A stretch of 64,000 nucleotides of DNA from an uncultured archaeon (GCA_964480125.1 CAYZNV010000003.1:3201-67200); one strand, 5' to 3'; counted from the stretch's first letter, positions 10,285-20,691 are shown. Numbers and translations are program-made. The notes: generated by a model not told the origin, from the sequence alone.

Positions 10285-11274
10285 TCCCACGCGTTTTCGG
10301 AGATTGCGCAAGTGAGTAGTCATCGTTTGTGGACTGATTTTGAGCAATAATGCAACCTTTCTGCGCGTATAGCCCTTGGAAAGCAAATTAATTATTTTGC
10401 GCTGCATCGTGCCAGGCTTTGTTGCTTTGATAAGACCACTCCACTCAATGCGGTTGGATTCCTGCAAGGGGGCAGGAGATTCCACCTCGTCCGGCAACAT
10501 GCTGAGTATCCGCACTTTTTTCTTTTTACGACCGAATTTCTTACGAATCGCGTCAATCATCATGAAACCCACACGGCTACGCACAAATTTTTTCCATTTA
10601 ACCGCAATAGATTCGTTGCTATTGATTTTTTTGGGGTCGAAGAACATCACTTCATTCTCGAGGCGAGAAAACACCAGGCTGATCATCTCATCTTTTGGGA
10701 TAATCGTCTCCTTAATCCATTTTTCCAAGAGAGGATAGACCATAAATAACAATTGACGACGCCTTCCCTTGGAGAGCCTATTCTTCACCCGCACGCGATG
10801 GAATTTCGAATTAGCCTTAGCAATGGCAACTACCTGCTCTTCCTTGGTGCGCAAACCATTCAAACGGATAAATTCATAAATAAAATTTATTGATGGCACT
10901 GGTCGACCGGCCGCGTGCTTCATCAATTCCTCATGAATCTCTTTCGGGATCGCGTGAGGCGCCATCTTTTCGATCGTGCGTATAAACCAAAAACGAGGCA
11001 ACTCCAATACCCAATTACGCGCGGGACCCGAGCGCTTCATCCGGCGATAGAAGTCAAACAATGCCCTTCTGGTATGGGGCTTTGATTTATTCTCAGGAGA
11101 TAATTGACGCAACAACATGACGGTGAGCGAATAAGGTACGTGCGCGCGCTCACTGATATCCCTTGCAGTAGTAAAAGGCAATAACCGGCGCTTAGAAAAA
11201 TATCCACGCTGGCGGGGAGTCATATCCCTAAGAGTACGTTCCACCCAACTATTCACAGGGCGCTTTCCTGGCAT
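10255..11274 (-). CDS. Basic orphan with sigma-70 region 2-like and region 4/LuxR-type HTH segments
   Basis: FFDPKK...VGFMMIDAIRK and C-terminal GYTRRKVALLLKISPQTMTTHLRNLRKR; ATG 11274 has TTTTATA upstream. Confidence 0.65.
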   Translation of the reverse strand: MPGKRPVNSWVERTLRDMTPRQRGYFSKRRLLPFTTARDISERAHVPYSLTVMLLRQLSPENKSKPHTRRALFDFYRRMKRSGPARNWVLELPRFWFIRTIEKMAPHAIPKEIHEELMKHAAGRPVPSINFIYEFIRLNGLRTKEEQVVAIAKANSKFHRVRVKNRLSKGRRRQLLFMVYPLLEKWIKETIIPKDEMISLVFSRLENEVMFFDPKKINSNESIAVKWKKFVRSRVGFMMIDAIRKKFGRKKKKVRILSMLPDEVESPAPLQESNRIEWSGLIKATKPGTMQRKIINLLSKGYTRRKVALLLKISPQTMTTHLRNLRKRVGLPTRAKKVV

Positions 11275-11323
11275 GCATAATAGAGAACGAACAGAGTATA
11301 AAAATCTGGAGAAAAAAATAAGA

Positions 11324-11375
11324 CAGGTGCAATCACATTGCACCTGGATATCGGCACCGCGCGACGAATCGCGCG
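11324..11375 (-). repeat. Dispersed two-hairpin element after the ftsZ stop
   Basis: Minus strand GCGCGA-TTCG-TCGCGC GGTGC CGATATC CAGGTGCAAT-GTG-ATTGCACCTG. Confidence 0.8.
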
Positions 11376-12482
11376 CTAGATATACTTCAAATCAAAATCA
11401 TTGCTTCCGCCGCTGCGCGCAGGGGCTGCATTGCTGCGGCCCAGGCTGGTTCCGCTGGATTGCTTTCCTTTGTTGATGAAAGGACTTTTCACGCCAGTGA
11501 AGACCGTGATGATTTCCACTTTGTTGTCGAATGTGGGATTGATTCTTGCGCCCCAAATGACAGTAGCGCGTGTATCAATCTGTTCGGTCAACATCATTCC
11601 AATCGCATTGGCTTCTCCGAGCGTGAGTTCGGGTCCTCCGGTAATGTGATTCAACGCACCCTTTGCGCCGGCGATGTCGACGTCCAACAAGGTGTTGTTG
11701 AGCGTGTCCGCAACGGCTTCTTCGACGCGATTAACGGACTTGCTTTCTCCCACTGCAATCATGGACAAGCCGTGACCGGTCATGATGCTTCTGACGTCAG
11801 CGAAGTCCAAGTTGATCAAGGAAGGCTGGGTAATGGTTTCCGTGATTCCGCTTACCACGCGAGCCACCAATTCATCCGCCACGCGGAAAGCGTCTTGGAT
11901 GGGGAGGTTGGGCACTAATTCTGCCAAGCGATTGTTGTCGATCACAATGACGGTATCGCAGATATCGCTCAAGCGCTGAATTCCTTCCTCTGCTTTGATG
12001 GTTCTCGCTCGTTCGAGGGAGAAGGGGTAGGTGACCATGGCAATAACAATGGCGCCTTGTGCTTTTGCAATTTCCGCAACGACAGGAGCAGAACCTGTTC
12101 CGGTTCCTCCACCCATTCCAGCGGAGACAAACAACATATCCACTCCCTTGAGCACGGCCTCTAAGTCGCTCTTGGAGACTTCGGCTGCTTTGGCTCCGAT
12201 CTCAGGATATCCACCCGCACCCAATCCGCGAGTGACACTTTTTCCGATGAGAATCTTAGTAATGTTATCCGAGATAATGGACAAGTGCTGCTTATCCGTG
12301 TTGATGGCAACCAACTGCGCGCCCGCGACATTCATGCTCGCGAGACGGTTAACGGCATTACATCCGGCACCGCCGCATCCCATTACCATAATCTTTGGAA
12401 CAGACAAATCATCCATTCGAGTTTCTTTTTCACTATTCATTGCAGGTCCTTTGCGGACTGCTTCATCAATCATGGAACGCAT
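11376..12482 (-). CDS. ftsZ: Cell division protein FtsZ
   Basis: GMGGGTGTG, GLGAGG, INLDFAD T7 loop; GGTGA SD. Confidence 0.98.
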   Translation of the reverse strand: MRSMIDEAVRKGPAMNSEKETRMDDLSVPKIMVMGCGGAGCNAVNRLASMNVAGAQLVAINTDKQHLSIISDNITKILIGKSVTRGLGAGGYPEIGAKAAEVSKSDLEAVLKGVDMLFVSAGMGGGTGTGSAPVVAEIAKAQGAIVIAMVTYPFSLERARTIKAEEGIQRLSDICDTVIVIDNNRLAELVPNLPIQDAFRVADELVARVVSGITETITQPSLINLDFADVRSIMTGHGLSMIAVGESKSVNRVEEAVADTLNNTLLDVDIAGAKGALNHITGGPELTLGEANAIGMMLTEQIDTRATVIWGARINPTFDNKVEIITVFTGVKSPFINKGKQSSGTSLGRSNAAPARSGGSNDFDLKYI

Positions 12483-12681
12483 GGTTTCACCCCTGGTTTT
12501 CCCCTATTGCTCCTGCGCGCGAACAAAGTGATTTACTTCTACTACACGCAAAGACGCGGATCCATTTCTGTTGTATTACTCATTTTTACATTAATAAACG
12601 TATTCGAGCAACACGCGAGGAAAAAATCATTCATTCAAAAAAACAACCACTATATTATGTAGCGACGAGCGAGTGTGAGTA

Positions 12682-13536
12682 TTATTCCACCGTCAAGCGA
12701 AAAGAACCCTTTTTCACTTGAAAGGAAGGCCACCAATTCTCAACCGTAAAAGATTCGGTTGCAGTAAATTCCGGAACAACTTGCTGTTGTCCCGCGCGTA
12801 CATTCGTGTAGGAGAATAAATCCACTCCCACTGTCTTGATTGCCTGGCCTCCGAATGAGTTGTTGGTAGTAGAAGAATTGAAAATCAGATTCACCTTATC
12901 GCCTTGATTTACTTTGATCTCGGTCACGCGCGCATTGGAGGCGTCAAAAAAACCATCATCGTTTGCCGTCAGGGAGAATGATTTTGCAGTGGGAGAAGAA
13001 CTCACCGCCACTGGAACAGCATTAGCCGCAGCCGCGCGATTGATTTGATCCACATAGCTCCCGGTGCAGTAATCGGGGCCAATCGCATACACATCATAGA
13101 TTCCATTCGCATTCTTTTCGAGTAAGCACGTGGCAGATGTTCCTGCAAAAGCACTCTCCGAGTCCGCACTCACATACACGCGGACCTTGCATAATTCTTT
13201 TCCTTCCGCGAGAGAAGCAATATCCAACCCTGCGGATTCAAAATCCAATACTTGCCCATCCGAAGTAGACCAGAAGGACGCAGTGGCACGACCGCATGTT
13301 TCAAGGGCATCCTCAAAACACTCTTCGCCCTCATCTCCATTGCCACAGACCTGCAATAACTCCCCTGGCCCCGAAGTAGTAATAGGATCGGGAAGCGAAT
13401 CAATGTAGGCATCCAAATCCTCTCTGTTTGTGCTCGGAGGAGCCGTCGAGGTATTCGTTGGAGGAGATGAATTCGAAACGCACCCCAAAAAAAGAATCGC
13501 CAGCAACGCGACCAACAACACGGAATGGAAACGCAT
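12682..13536 (-). CDS. Predicted lipoprotein, Cys-containing, possible cupredoxin-like C-terminal domain
   Basis: Lipobox-like LFLGC after hydrophobic stretch, Ser/Pro/Thr linker, EIKVNQGDKVNLIF. Confidence 0.65.
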   Translation of the reverse strand: MRFHSVLLVALLAILFLGCVSNSSPPTNTSTAPPSTNREDLDAYIDSLPDPITTSGPGELLQVCGNGDEGEECFEDALETCGRATASFWSTSDGQVLDFESAGLDIASLAEGKELCKVRVYVSADSESAFAGTSATCLLEKNANGIYDVYAIGPDYCTGSYVDQINRAAAANAVPVAVSSSPTAKSFSLTANDDGFFDASNARVTEIKVNQGDKVNLIFNSSTTNNSFGGQAIKTVGVDLFSYTNVRAGQQQVVPEFTATESFTVENWWPSFQVKKGSFRLTVE

Positions 13537-13601
13537 AACCATGTGTATGCTCAGGGGCATATAAATGTTAAGGAATCCGATGGGCTGGGAAATGACCCAA
13601 A

Positions 13602-14165
13602 TTAGGAGTAGCGCTCTTCCTGCCAGGGATCGGCCGTATTTGAGTAACCTCGGACTTCCCAAAAACCAGGCTCATCCTTTTCCACGAATTTCAATTTCCT
13701 CAACCACTTCGCGGACTTATAGAAATACTTGTGCGGCACCAGCGTGCGAACAGGGCCTCCGTGCTTGGCTTCGATTAGTTGTCCATCGTACCCATCCGCG
13801 ACCATCACATTGGGCTTCAGCATCTCCGCGAGAGAAAGAGAAGTCGTGTGACCTCCCTCGCATTCCATTATTACAAATTTTGCCTTTTTAGTAGGTTTAA
13901 TGATTTTGACTAAATCAGTAAAAAGAATCCCACGCCACTTCGTATCCAACTTGCTCCAAGTAGTCACGCAATGAATGTCCACTTGCACATTGGAATGAGG
14001 AAGTTTTTGCAGCTGCTCAAAATTCCATTTCTGGGGTTTTTCTATTTCCCCATACACTTCCAAATCCCAATTATTCACATTCAACTCATCATGAATCCGT
14101 CCACTCTGCAGCACGGGAAAAGCTTTGGTTTCGAATTGCCCGGGAGGGACACGAGGAGAGGGCAT
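13602..14165 (-). CDS. Sulfite oxidase-like molybdopterin-binding oxidoreductase
   Basis: PPGQ, DIHCVTTWS, HGGPVR, YKSAKWL, GFWEVRGY. Confidence 0.93.
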   Translation of the reverse strand: MPSPRVPPGQFETKAFPVLQSGRIHDELNVNNWDLEVYGEIEKPQKWNFEQLQKLPHSNVQVDIHCVTTWSKLDTKWRGILFTDLVKIIKPTKKAKFVIMECEGGHTTSLSLAEMLKPNVMVADGYDGQLIEAKHGGPVRTLVPHKYFYKSAKWLRKLKFVEKDEPGFWEVRGYSNTADPWQEERYS

Positions 14166-14296
14166 GCACGAATGATGCGCTCATTGGAATTTAATGATTC
14201 TCCCAATTCCACAAAGAGATGATAATTCACTATCCACTATGAAAATCCAACCCCCAAAACTGAGATTTATTAACCCAAAACCTGCTTCATCCCTAT

Positions 14297-15160
14297 ATGG
14301 TCTTTGAATTCCTGAAGAAACTCCTTGGAGGAAAGAAACCCGAACCCAAGGAAGAAACACGCGAAGAGAATCCATTCGGAGAAGCAGAAGAAACAACGCA
14401 TTCCACTCACCACCCCAAAACACACTCCACGCACGCACACAAAAAAGCAAACGCGCGAATGGATGATGTCTCGGACCCGGACGATGAGACGAAAGCCGAT
14501 TACCCAGAGAAGCTTACTGAAATCCCTGAAGACGAAGAAGCAGATGAAACGGAAATGGAACCCGTATTAGTTCCAAAAAAAGGAACGCAGCGCTTTTCCA
14601 ATGAAGAAGCACTCAAGGTTATGGAAGCCGCGCTCTTCATGAGCAGCAAGGGGCTTAGTATTGAAGAATTAGGAAATACCGCAGCGCTACCATTGCTCAA
14701 AGCACGCGAATTGATTCCCGAGCTGGTGGATGGATTTAATGCACGCAACTCGGCATTAGAAATCGTTGAAGATTTGGGAGGGTATCGCATGAAGGTGCGC
14801 TCTCCCTTTGATGAAAAAGTCAACCATCTTGCTGGAGGAACCGAACTCTCCGCGGGAGAAATGAAAACGCTCGCGTTCATTGCCTACAAGCAACCCTTAA
14901 TCCAATCCCAACTCGTGCAAGTGCGCTCGAATACTGCATATGAGCACTTGCAGCGATTAGTGGAAATGGGATTTGTTTCAAAAGAACCCAAAGGACGCAC
15001 CTACATTTTACGCACTACCAAAAAGTTCTCCGAATACTTTGGCGCGCACGCATTGAAACTACGCCCCATGACAGTGGAAGAAAAACTCGAAAGCCGCTCG
15101 CGCAACATGCAAGCGGAAGAGAATAAGGGCGACCAGAGCGCGAGCGAAGATTTAGTGTAA
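14297..15160 (+). CDS. scpB: Segregation/condensation protein ScpB with long N-terminal extension
   Basis: MEAALF, TLAFIAYKQP, TTKKFSEYFG. Confidence 0.9.
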   Translation: MVFEFLKKLLGGKKPEPKEETREENPFGEAEETTHSTHHPKTHSTHAHKKANARMDDVSDPDDETKADYPEKLTEIPEDEEADETEMEPVLVPKKGTQRFSNEEALKVMEAALFMSSKGLSIEELGNTAALPLLKARELIPELVDGFNARNSALEIVEDLGGYRMKVRSPFDEKVNHLAGGTELSAGEMKTLAFIAYKQPLIQSQLVQVRSNTAYEHLQRLVEMGFVSKEPKGRTYILRTTKKFSEYFGAHALKLRPMTVEEKLESRSRNMQAEENKGDQSASEDLV

Positions 15161-15175
15161 TCACCCATCCAAATT

Positions 15176-16006
15176 ATGCCCCAATCAAATGACATCATCG
15201 GAGAGTTCTACGAAAAATATCCATACCCATTACTCTCTAATCTCTCGCGCAAGCATCTCGAAACATATGCGGATCAACTCCTCGCGTGCGCTAATCTCAC
15301 CACTAAAAAACTCCAAGGAAAAACCATCCTCGACGCAGGATGTGGCACTGGAGAAATCGCATGCAGCATGGCCACACGAGCCAAAAAAGTGATAGGGATT
15401 GACTTGAGCAACGCATCACTTACTCACGCGCGCGGATTGGCCAAAAAATATTCCTTGGAGAATATCACATTCACACAGCAGGATATTTTGCAGTTACAAA
15501 TCAAAGAGCAATTTGACCTCGTGACATCGTTTGGAGTATTACACCACACGCAGAAACCAGAAAAAGGATTTGAAAACATCGCACAACGCGTGAAGCCAAA
15601 TGGATTATTGATTGTGGGGTTTTATCACTCCCTTGGAGGATGGAAGCAACGCGCGCAGAAATGGGTGGTTGGAATGCTCGCAGGCAGAGAAACCCAAAAA
15701 CGACTTGCATTCCTTGAAAGACTCCTCAATAAAAAACTCGGACCCCACCAACGCGCATTTTGGGCCGATCGCATTGCCAATCCGCGCGAAAAATATTATT
15801 CCATTCCTGCAATGAAAAAGAGATTTGAAGAAAATGGGTTTGCTATTGTGGGAATACAAGCACACAAACCCCAATTCAGCGTGAAAAATATTGCCAGCGC
15901 GATTGATGTTCTTTTGTTTGAGTTGTTTTTGTTGGTGAATGGATTCAGGTTCGTTATCATGGCAGGGAAGAAAAATACAAAGAACGGCCTAGCCAAGCAC
16001 GTTTAA
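15176..16006 (+). CDS. Class I SAM-dependent methyltransferase
   Basis: ILDAGCGTG, GIDLS, FGVLHH, VKPNG. Confidence 0.9.
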   Translation: MPQSNDIIGEFYEKYPYPLLSNLSRKHLETYADQLLACANLTTKKLQGKTILDAGCGTGEIACSMATRAKKVIGIDLSNASLTHARGLAKKYSLENITFTQQDILQLQIKEQFDLVTSFGVLHHTQKPEKGFENIAQRVKPNGLLIVGFYHSLGGWKQRAQKWVVGMLAGRETQKRLAFLERLLNKKLGPHQRAFWADRIANPREKYYSIPAMKKRFEENGFAIVGIQAHKPQFSVKNIASAIDVLLFELFLLVNGFRFVIMAGKKNTKNGLAKHV

Positions 16007-16044
16007 CCACATAAGATTATAATGCAAAATGCATTTCCTCGAGC

Positions 16045-16533
16045 ATGCGATTACGTTTCCCCACACGAGCTGTTCGTGCAATGCGACTAATCAAACAATC
16101 AGAAGCGCTCGAAAAGAAAGTAGATGCGCATGCGACAAAAGAAATAGAAAGCAAACGTAAGGCATACTGGGGAAATGGTGCAGCGGCAAAGAAACATAAA
16201 TTAGTCGCAGTAACCCATAAGTTACGACAGGCAATTATACTCAAAAAGATTGCACAGAACTATGATAGATACGCAAAACTTATGCTCGCCGCTCAGAGAA
16301 AAGAAGATAATGCTTTCAATAGTAAAAGAACAAAAAGGCTACTTTCTAAAAGAATAGAGCAAATAAAAAAACAGTTGGGAAGCAACAGCTCTGCCGAGGA
16401 AATAATTCAATATCTAGATGAAATTACTACTTGGGCGCGCCGAATCCCTTCAAAGCGCACGGCGGCACTCATTTTGAAACTATTGCCGCGCATGAAACGC
16501 ATCGTAGAACGCACGAATTTAGCATCAAAATAA
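16045..16533 (+). CDS. Basic helical orphan protein (MRLRFPTRAVR...)
   Basis: 162 aa ORF with TTATAAA upstream; overlaps the rnhB 3' end. Confidence 0.65.
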   Translation: MRLRFPTRAVRAMRLIKQSEALEKKVDAHATKEIESKRKAYWGNGAAAKKHKLVAVTHKLRQAIILKKIAQNYDRYAKLMLAAQRKEDNAFNSKRTKRLLSKRIEQIKKQLGSNSSAEEIIQYLDEITTWARRIPSKRTAALILKLLPRMKRIVERTNLASK

Positions 16534-17184
16534 TTTCGTCTGATAACGTGCATCCAATAAACGCACATTCGTCCCCCACTTCTTGCGCGCGCACGTGGGG
16601 AGGGAATTGAATTCCTGGATGTACTTTTGCAGGAAAGAAATCGTACGCTCATCGTGCGGATAACCACTTCCAATGTCCCCATAGTGTTGGAATTCTTCCT
16701 GGATTTTTCTAATCTCACGATCGCGCTCGACTTTGGCAAGAATCGAAGCGGCAGAAACAATGGGATAATTCACATCCGCTTTGTGTTCTGCGACAATTTT
16801 GGGCTTGAACGTGAGGTAGGCATAAATGCGCTTTCCAAAGTTGCTTGCGAGCGGATCAGGGGAATCCACATACACGACTTCGGGTTTTACTTTGAGGTTA
16901 TTGAGCAAGAGACCAATCTTCATGGCCTCAATCTCATTCAGGGAATCGCTCTCCATCAACGCATCCATTTCAGGGGCGTGCAATTGTACGGTTGCAAAAT
17001 CGGAAAGCGTGGACTGCATTAAGGGAAAGAGTCTTTCGCGCTCGGGCTCGGGAATGAGCTTGGAGTCTTTTGCTCCTAATTCTCGCAAAATAGCCTCTTT
17101 TTCGACCTCAATGACGGCCGCGGCTAGCACCATCGGACCGATGGCTGGACCCCTACCTGCTTCGTCAACCCCACAAATGAGCAT
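16525..17184 (-). CDS. rnhB: Ribonuclease HII
   Basis: GVDEAGRGP, DSK, KAD, SAASILAKV, GSGYP. Confidence 0.97.
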   Translation of the reverse strand: MLICGVDEAGRGPAIGPMVLAAAVIEVEKEAILRELGAKDSKLIPEPERERLFPLMQSTLSDFATVQLHAPEMDALMESDSLNEIEAMKIGLLLNNLKVKPEVVYVDSPDPLASNFGKRIYAYLTFKPKIVAEHKADVNYPIVSAASILAKVERDREIRKIQEEFQHYGDIGSGYPHDERTISFLQKYIQEFNSLPTCARKKWGTNVRLLDARYQTKLF

Positions 17185-17292
17185 AGTAGGAGTAACGGCT
17201 CATAGGTTTATAGGTCATAGGCCTAAACCCAATAGCCAGCTCGAGCACCCCCAGGGCGTGGCTTTATAAGCGTTTTTCAGGGCTTTTCTCAT

Positions 17293-17550
17293 ATGAATGG
17301 CGTAATCAAGAACTACCGACGCGGGAAGAACACCCAGCACGAAAATCAGTATGTGATTGAAGTGGATGGCGTGGAAAGCAAGGCCCAGGCCTCCGGATTG
17401 ACCGGAAAGAAAGTCACATGGGTATCGGTTGGAAACACCAAAATTGTAGGCAAAGTCATGGCCCCCCACGGAAGCTCTGGAGCCGTGCGAGCAAAGTTCC
17501 TCAAAGGACTGCCCGGACAAGCCATTGGACAGCGCGTCTCAATCCAATAG
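17293..17550 (+). CDS. rpl35ae: 50S ribosomal protein L35Ae
   Basis: NYRRG..Q, HGSSGAVRAKF..LPGQAIG. Confidence 0.93.
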   Translation: MNGVIKNYRRGKNTQHENQYVIEVDGVESKAQASGLTGKKVTWVSVGNTKIVGKVMAPHGSSGAVRAKFLKGLPGQAIGQRVSIQ

Positions 17551-17592
17551 CTTCCCTATTCTTTCTTTAATTTTTTCTAATTCATTTTCTTT

Positions 17593-18348
17593 ATGCATCC
17601 CGAAGTGTCCAAGAAATTGCCCAAAATCTTAGTCGGCTGCCCCACCCACCAATACAAGGCCGATTCGCTCCAGGCATTCTTCGAAGGAATTCAAAGCCTG
17701 ACATATCAAAATTTTGATGTCGTGCTAGAGGACAATTCCCCCACCCCTCATTATGCCGACAAACTCAAACTACTTGCCAAGCAATGGGAAGCAACCCATC
17801 CCGGGCACACGTTTCGAGTCATTTATTCCGGAGAAACCACTCCAAAAGCCCGCGCGCGATTAGTGCATGGGCGCAATTTGATTCGAGAAATTGTGCTAAA
17901 AGAAAACTATGATTATTTTCTTTCATTAGAACAAGACGTCGTTCCCCCAAGCGACATCATTGAACGCCTCCTGCAACACCAAAAATCATTTGTGAGCGGG
18001 GTGTACTGGAATAAGGAAACTACCACGGAAGGACAACAAAAACTCGCAGTAATGGCGGGAATCTATCTCAACGAAGAAGAGAAAAAGAAAAAACTCGTGC
18101 GCAGCATCGGACTCATGCAGCTCCTTCCCTCGCGGCTGATTGAAGTGGCATACACGGGATTAGGATGTGCGCTCATCACACGCTCGCTATTGGAAAAAAT
18201 CCATTTCCGATATGATGAAACCCAACGCGCATGTGATGATGTATATTTCTGTTTAGATGCGGAAGCACTTGGAGAAAAAATCTATTTAGATTCAAGCATC
18301 TGGTGCGCGCACCACTTCAATGACGCATTCAAGAAAAGCAAGTACTGA
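17593..18348 (+). CDS. GT-A fold glycosyltransferase (family 2-like)
   Basis: LVGCPT, RN, LEQDV (DxD-like), GLGCALI, DDVYFC. Confidence 0.8.
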   Translation: MHPEVSKKLPKILVGCPTHQYKADSLQAFFEGIQSLTYQNFDVVLEDNSPTPHYADKLKLLAKQWEATHPGHTFRVIYSGETTPKARARLVHGRNLIREIVLKENYDYFLSLEQDVVPPSDIIERLLQHQKSFVSGVYWNKETTTEGQQKLAVMAGIYLNEEEKKKKLVRSIGLMQLLPSRLIEVAYTGLGCALITRSLLEKIHFRYDETQRACDDVYFCLDAEALGEKIYLDSSIWCAHHFNDAFKKSKY

Positions 18349-18389
18349 CGCTTCGTTAAATCTATAAGCTCTTGAATGACATTCTATTC

Positions 18390-19037
18390 ATGCCAAAGGT
18401 AAAACGATTCCACTCTCCACATGTGCGAGAGTTACTGCAACATATGGTGAAACAACCACCTGCGAGGCGCATTGGAAGACGTCCAAGCGCACATCTCCAT
18501 ACAATACGAAAATTTGGACGAACGTTTATGGATACGTTTCCAGAAAAAATTGTTCGTAATGCACATGGAATTGTAAGAATCAATGTCAATTTCAGCGCAA
18601 ACGAATCAGGCATTGCCATCGCAACCCTGGATGGCCTTGGAAATATGCACAAAACATTATGCGGCCACATCAAAATAGGATTTGAGCCGGAAGCACTTAT
18701 TGTTGAAGCCATTCAGGGGCACTTCGATAGAAAAGATAGAGTCAAGCAAGTCAATACCGTTCTCGGGAAACCATGGGCCAATTACTCATTGGAGTTAGCC
18801 GAGGAACACGCACGCAGATGCGGACTAAAACATGTAAAAATTGCCTCACCAAGAACCAATTACTGGTTTGAACATCCAGAAAAATTGACGAAAACAGATG
18901 AGGGGTGGAAATATTTGGAATTAACAAACCCGGAAGAAAAGAAAGAAATTCAGCAGCGCATGCTAACATCTTACGCCATCATCGCCAAAAAGATGGGATA
19001 CAAAAAACAAGGCGAATTCTATGTCAAAGAATTATAG
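18390..19037 (+). CDS. Orphan with Arg-rich N-terminus and possible GNAT/VirK(DUF535)-like domain
   Basis: MPKVKRF start; IVEAIQG..PWANYSLELAEEHARRCGLKHVKI..Y...AKKMGY pattern. Confidence 0.6.
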   Translation: MPKVKRFHSPHVRELLQHMVKQPPARRIGRRPSAHLHTIRKFGRTFMDTFPEKIVRNAHGIVRINVNFSANESGIAIATLDGLGNMHKTLCGHIKIGFEPEALIVEAIQGHFDRKDRVKQVNTVLGKPWANYSLELAEEHARRCGLKHVKIASPRTNYWFEHPEKLTKTDEGWKYLELTNPEEKKEIQQRMLTSYAIIAKKMGYKKQGEFYVKEL

Positions 19038-19043
19038 TCGTGT

Positions 19044-20690
19044 TTACTTTTCCAGATTTATTTCTACAATCGTCACGGGCACCTGAATCCCTAAGCGCTG
19101 CAATATCTCGGGATGCATTTCTCCCATGAAACCGTGCAATTTTCGAAGCTGCACATTTGCCGTGCGCCCTTCGATGAAACCAGGGAGGATTTCCGCAGAA
19201 TAAGTTGCATCCACTCCAATCTGCCGCGCCAGCGCTTCCACGACTGCTTTCATTTCGGTAAAAGAAGAAGTCGCATGCGCAAGGACCACACACAACTTAC
19301 TGCGCGTGCGCGTTCCCGTGTCCGTTTTGGAATCCATTTCGATGACATGGCCTACTTCAAATAATTTGAAAGGCAAACGCTTGCTTCTATTTGCAAGTAA
19401 CGCGCGCAGCGTTTCGGGATAGAGCATGTTGCGGCACATTGTGAGACCTTGCTCTTTTACCATCCCCAATTGCACGTGCGGGGTTTCTTCTCTTGAAAAG
19501 GATTTGAAGTGATGCTCGTGCGAAGTAAGCACCCACGTGATGACTTCGTGGAATCCCAATCCCACCATGCAGGATTTCACATCATCCTCGAATTGGGTTT
19601 GGGGGAGAACCCCTCCAACCGTAAATACCTCTGGAACCACCGGTTTGAGATTGTCATAATTATAGGCACGCGCAATGTCATCCACCAAATCCAAGGGATG
19701 CAATACATCCGCGCGAAAGAAAGGATGTTGTACTGTCAATTGTTTGGGATTGACTTTTGTAACGTTGTACATCATGCGCTCCAGCAGAGGAACGATTTTT
19801 TCGGCTTGGAGATTCGTGCCAAGCGTTTGATTGACTAATTCCACTTCCACCACGTGCTCATGCATGTGCAATTCCGGCGTGACAATGGTGCGCTCGGGAA
19901 ATTCCACGTGCACCTCATAGATTTCTCCGCCCATATCCGAGAAGAGCAGTGCAAGCATATCCGCAATCGCACTCTGCGTCGGCCAATAATGCCCAGAGAC
20001 TTCCACAAAGAGATCACGATCTTTTTCCGTGACTTTCCCTACTGTATGCGAATTGATGATGGGAGGCATCGAGAGAATATGATTTTTTGCATCCATGAAA
20101 ATGGGATAAATAGGCATTCCATGCAAGAGATGCGCATATTTCTTTCCTTTGGGATGCTGCTCGAGAATTTCTTTTCCCGTTAGGGGGGATTGCATCTCTA
20201 AGGGCTGGAATTTGATCTCATGGGGTTTCATTCCCTTGAAGGAGACTGGCCAGTGAATCACGGAAAGAGGATAGATTCCAATCGAAGCCTTTTTGCGATC
20301 ACGCGCGAATGTCGCGTGCAATTTTTCTTGCACCCAAATGATTTCTTTTAATTTCTCCTCATCGATGCGTAGATTTTTTACCACAAAAGCGGCCGTGTAA
20401 GGACGCACGGGCTGCACTGATTTTTCCACGATCACTCTGTAATCGGATTTTCTCTTTTCAATCGTGGGAGTGCCTTTCGTGTAACCCAAGAATGCATTCA
20501 GCCCACGAGCCAAACCAGGAGTGGAAACCAAATCGATGCGTTCGGCAGTGATGTCAATCTTTGTTTCGGTGGGATTAGCATCTTCCAATTCCAGACCCAT
20601 CTGATAGAGCGTTTGCTCGAGCTTCGTCATCGTGAGGGGCTTCTTCATGTAGCTGTTCAAATTCTGCAAGGAGGTATCGAGCATGACCAT
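19044..20690 (-). CDS. pheT: Phenylalanine--tRNA ligase beta subunit
   Basis: RIDLVS, QEKLH, SMPPIINS, RADVLHPLDLVDD. Confidence 0.96.
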   Translation of the reverse strand: MVMLDTSLQNLNSYMKKPLTMTKLEQTLYQMGLELEDANPTETKIDITAERIDLVSTPGLARGLNAFLGYTKGTPTIEKRKSDYRVIVEKSVQPVRPYTAAFVVKNLRIDEEKLKEIIWVQEKLHATFARDRKKASIGIYPLSVIHWPVSFKGMKPHEIKFQPLEMQSPLTGKEILEQHPKGKKYAHLLHGMPIYPIFMDAKNHILSMPPIINSHTVGKVTEKDRDLFVEVSGHYWPTQSAIADMLALLFSDMGGEIYEVHVEFPERTIVTPELHMHEHVVEVELVNQTLGTNLQAEKIVPLLERMMYNVTKVNPKQLTVQHPFFRADVLHPLDLVDDIARAYNYDNLKPVVPEVFTVGGVLPQTQFEDDVKSCMVGLGFHEVITWVLTSHEHHFKSFSREETPHVQLGMVKEQGLTMCRNMLYPETLRALLANRSKRLPFKLFEVGHVIEMDSKTDTGTRTRSKLCVVLAHATSSFTEMKAVVEALARQIGVDATYSAEILPGFIEGRTANVQLRKLHGFMGEMHPEILQRLGIQVPVTIVEINLEK

Positions 20691-20691
20691 G

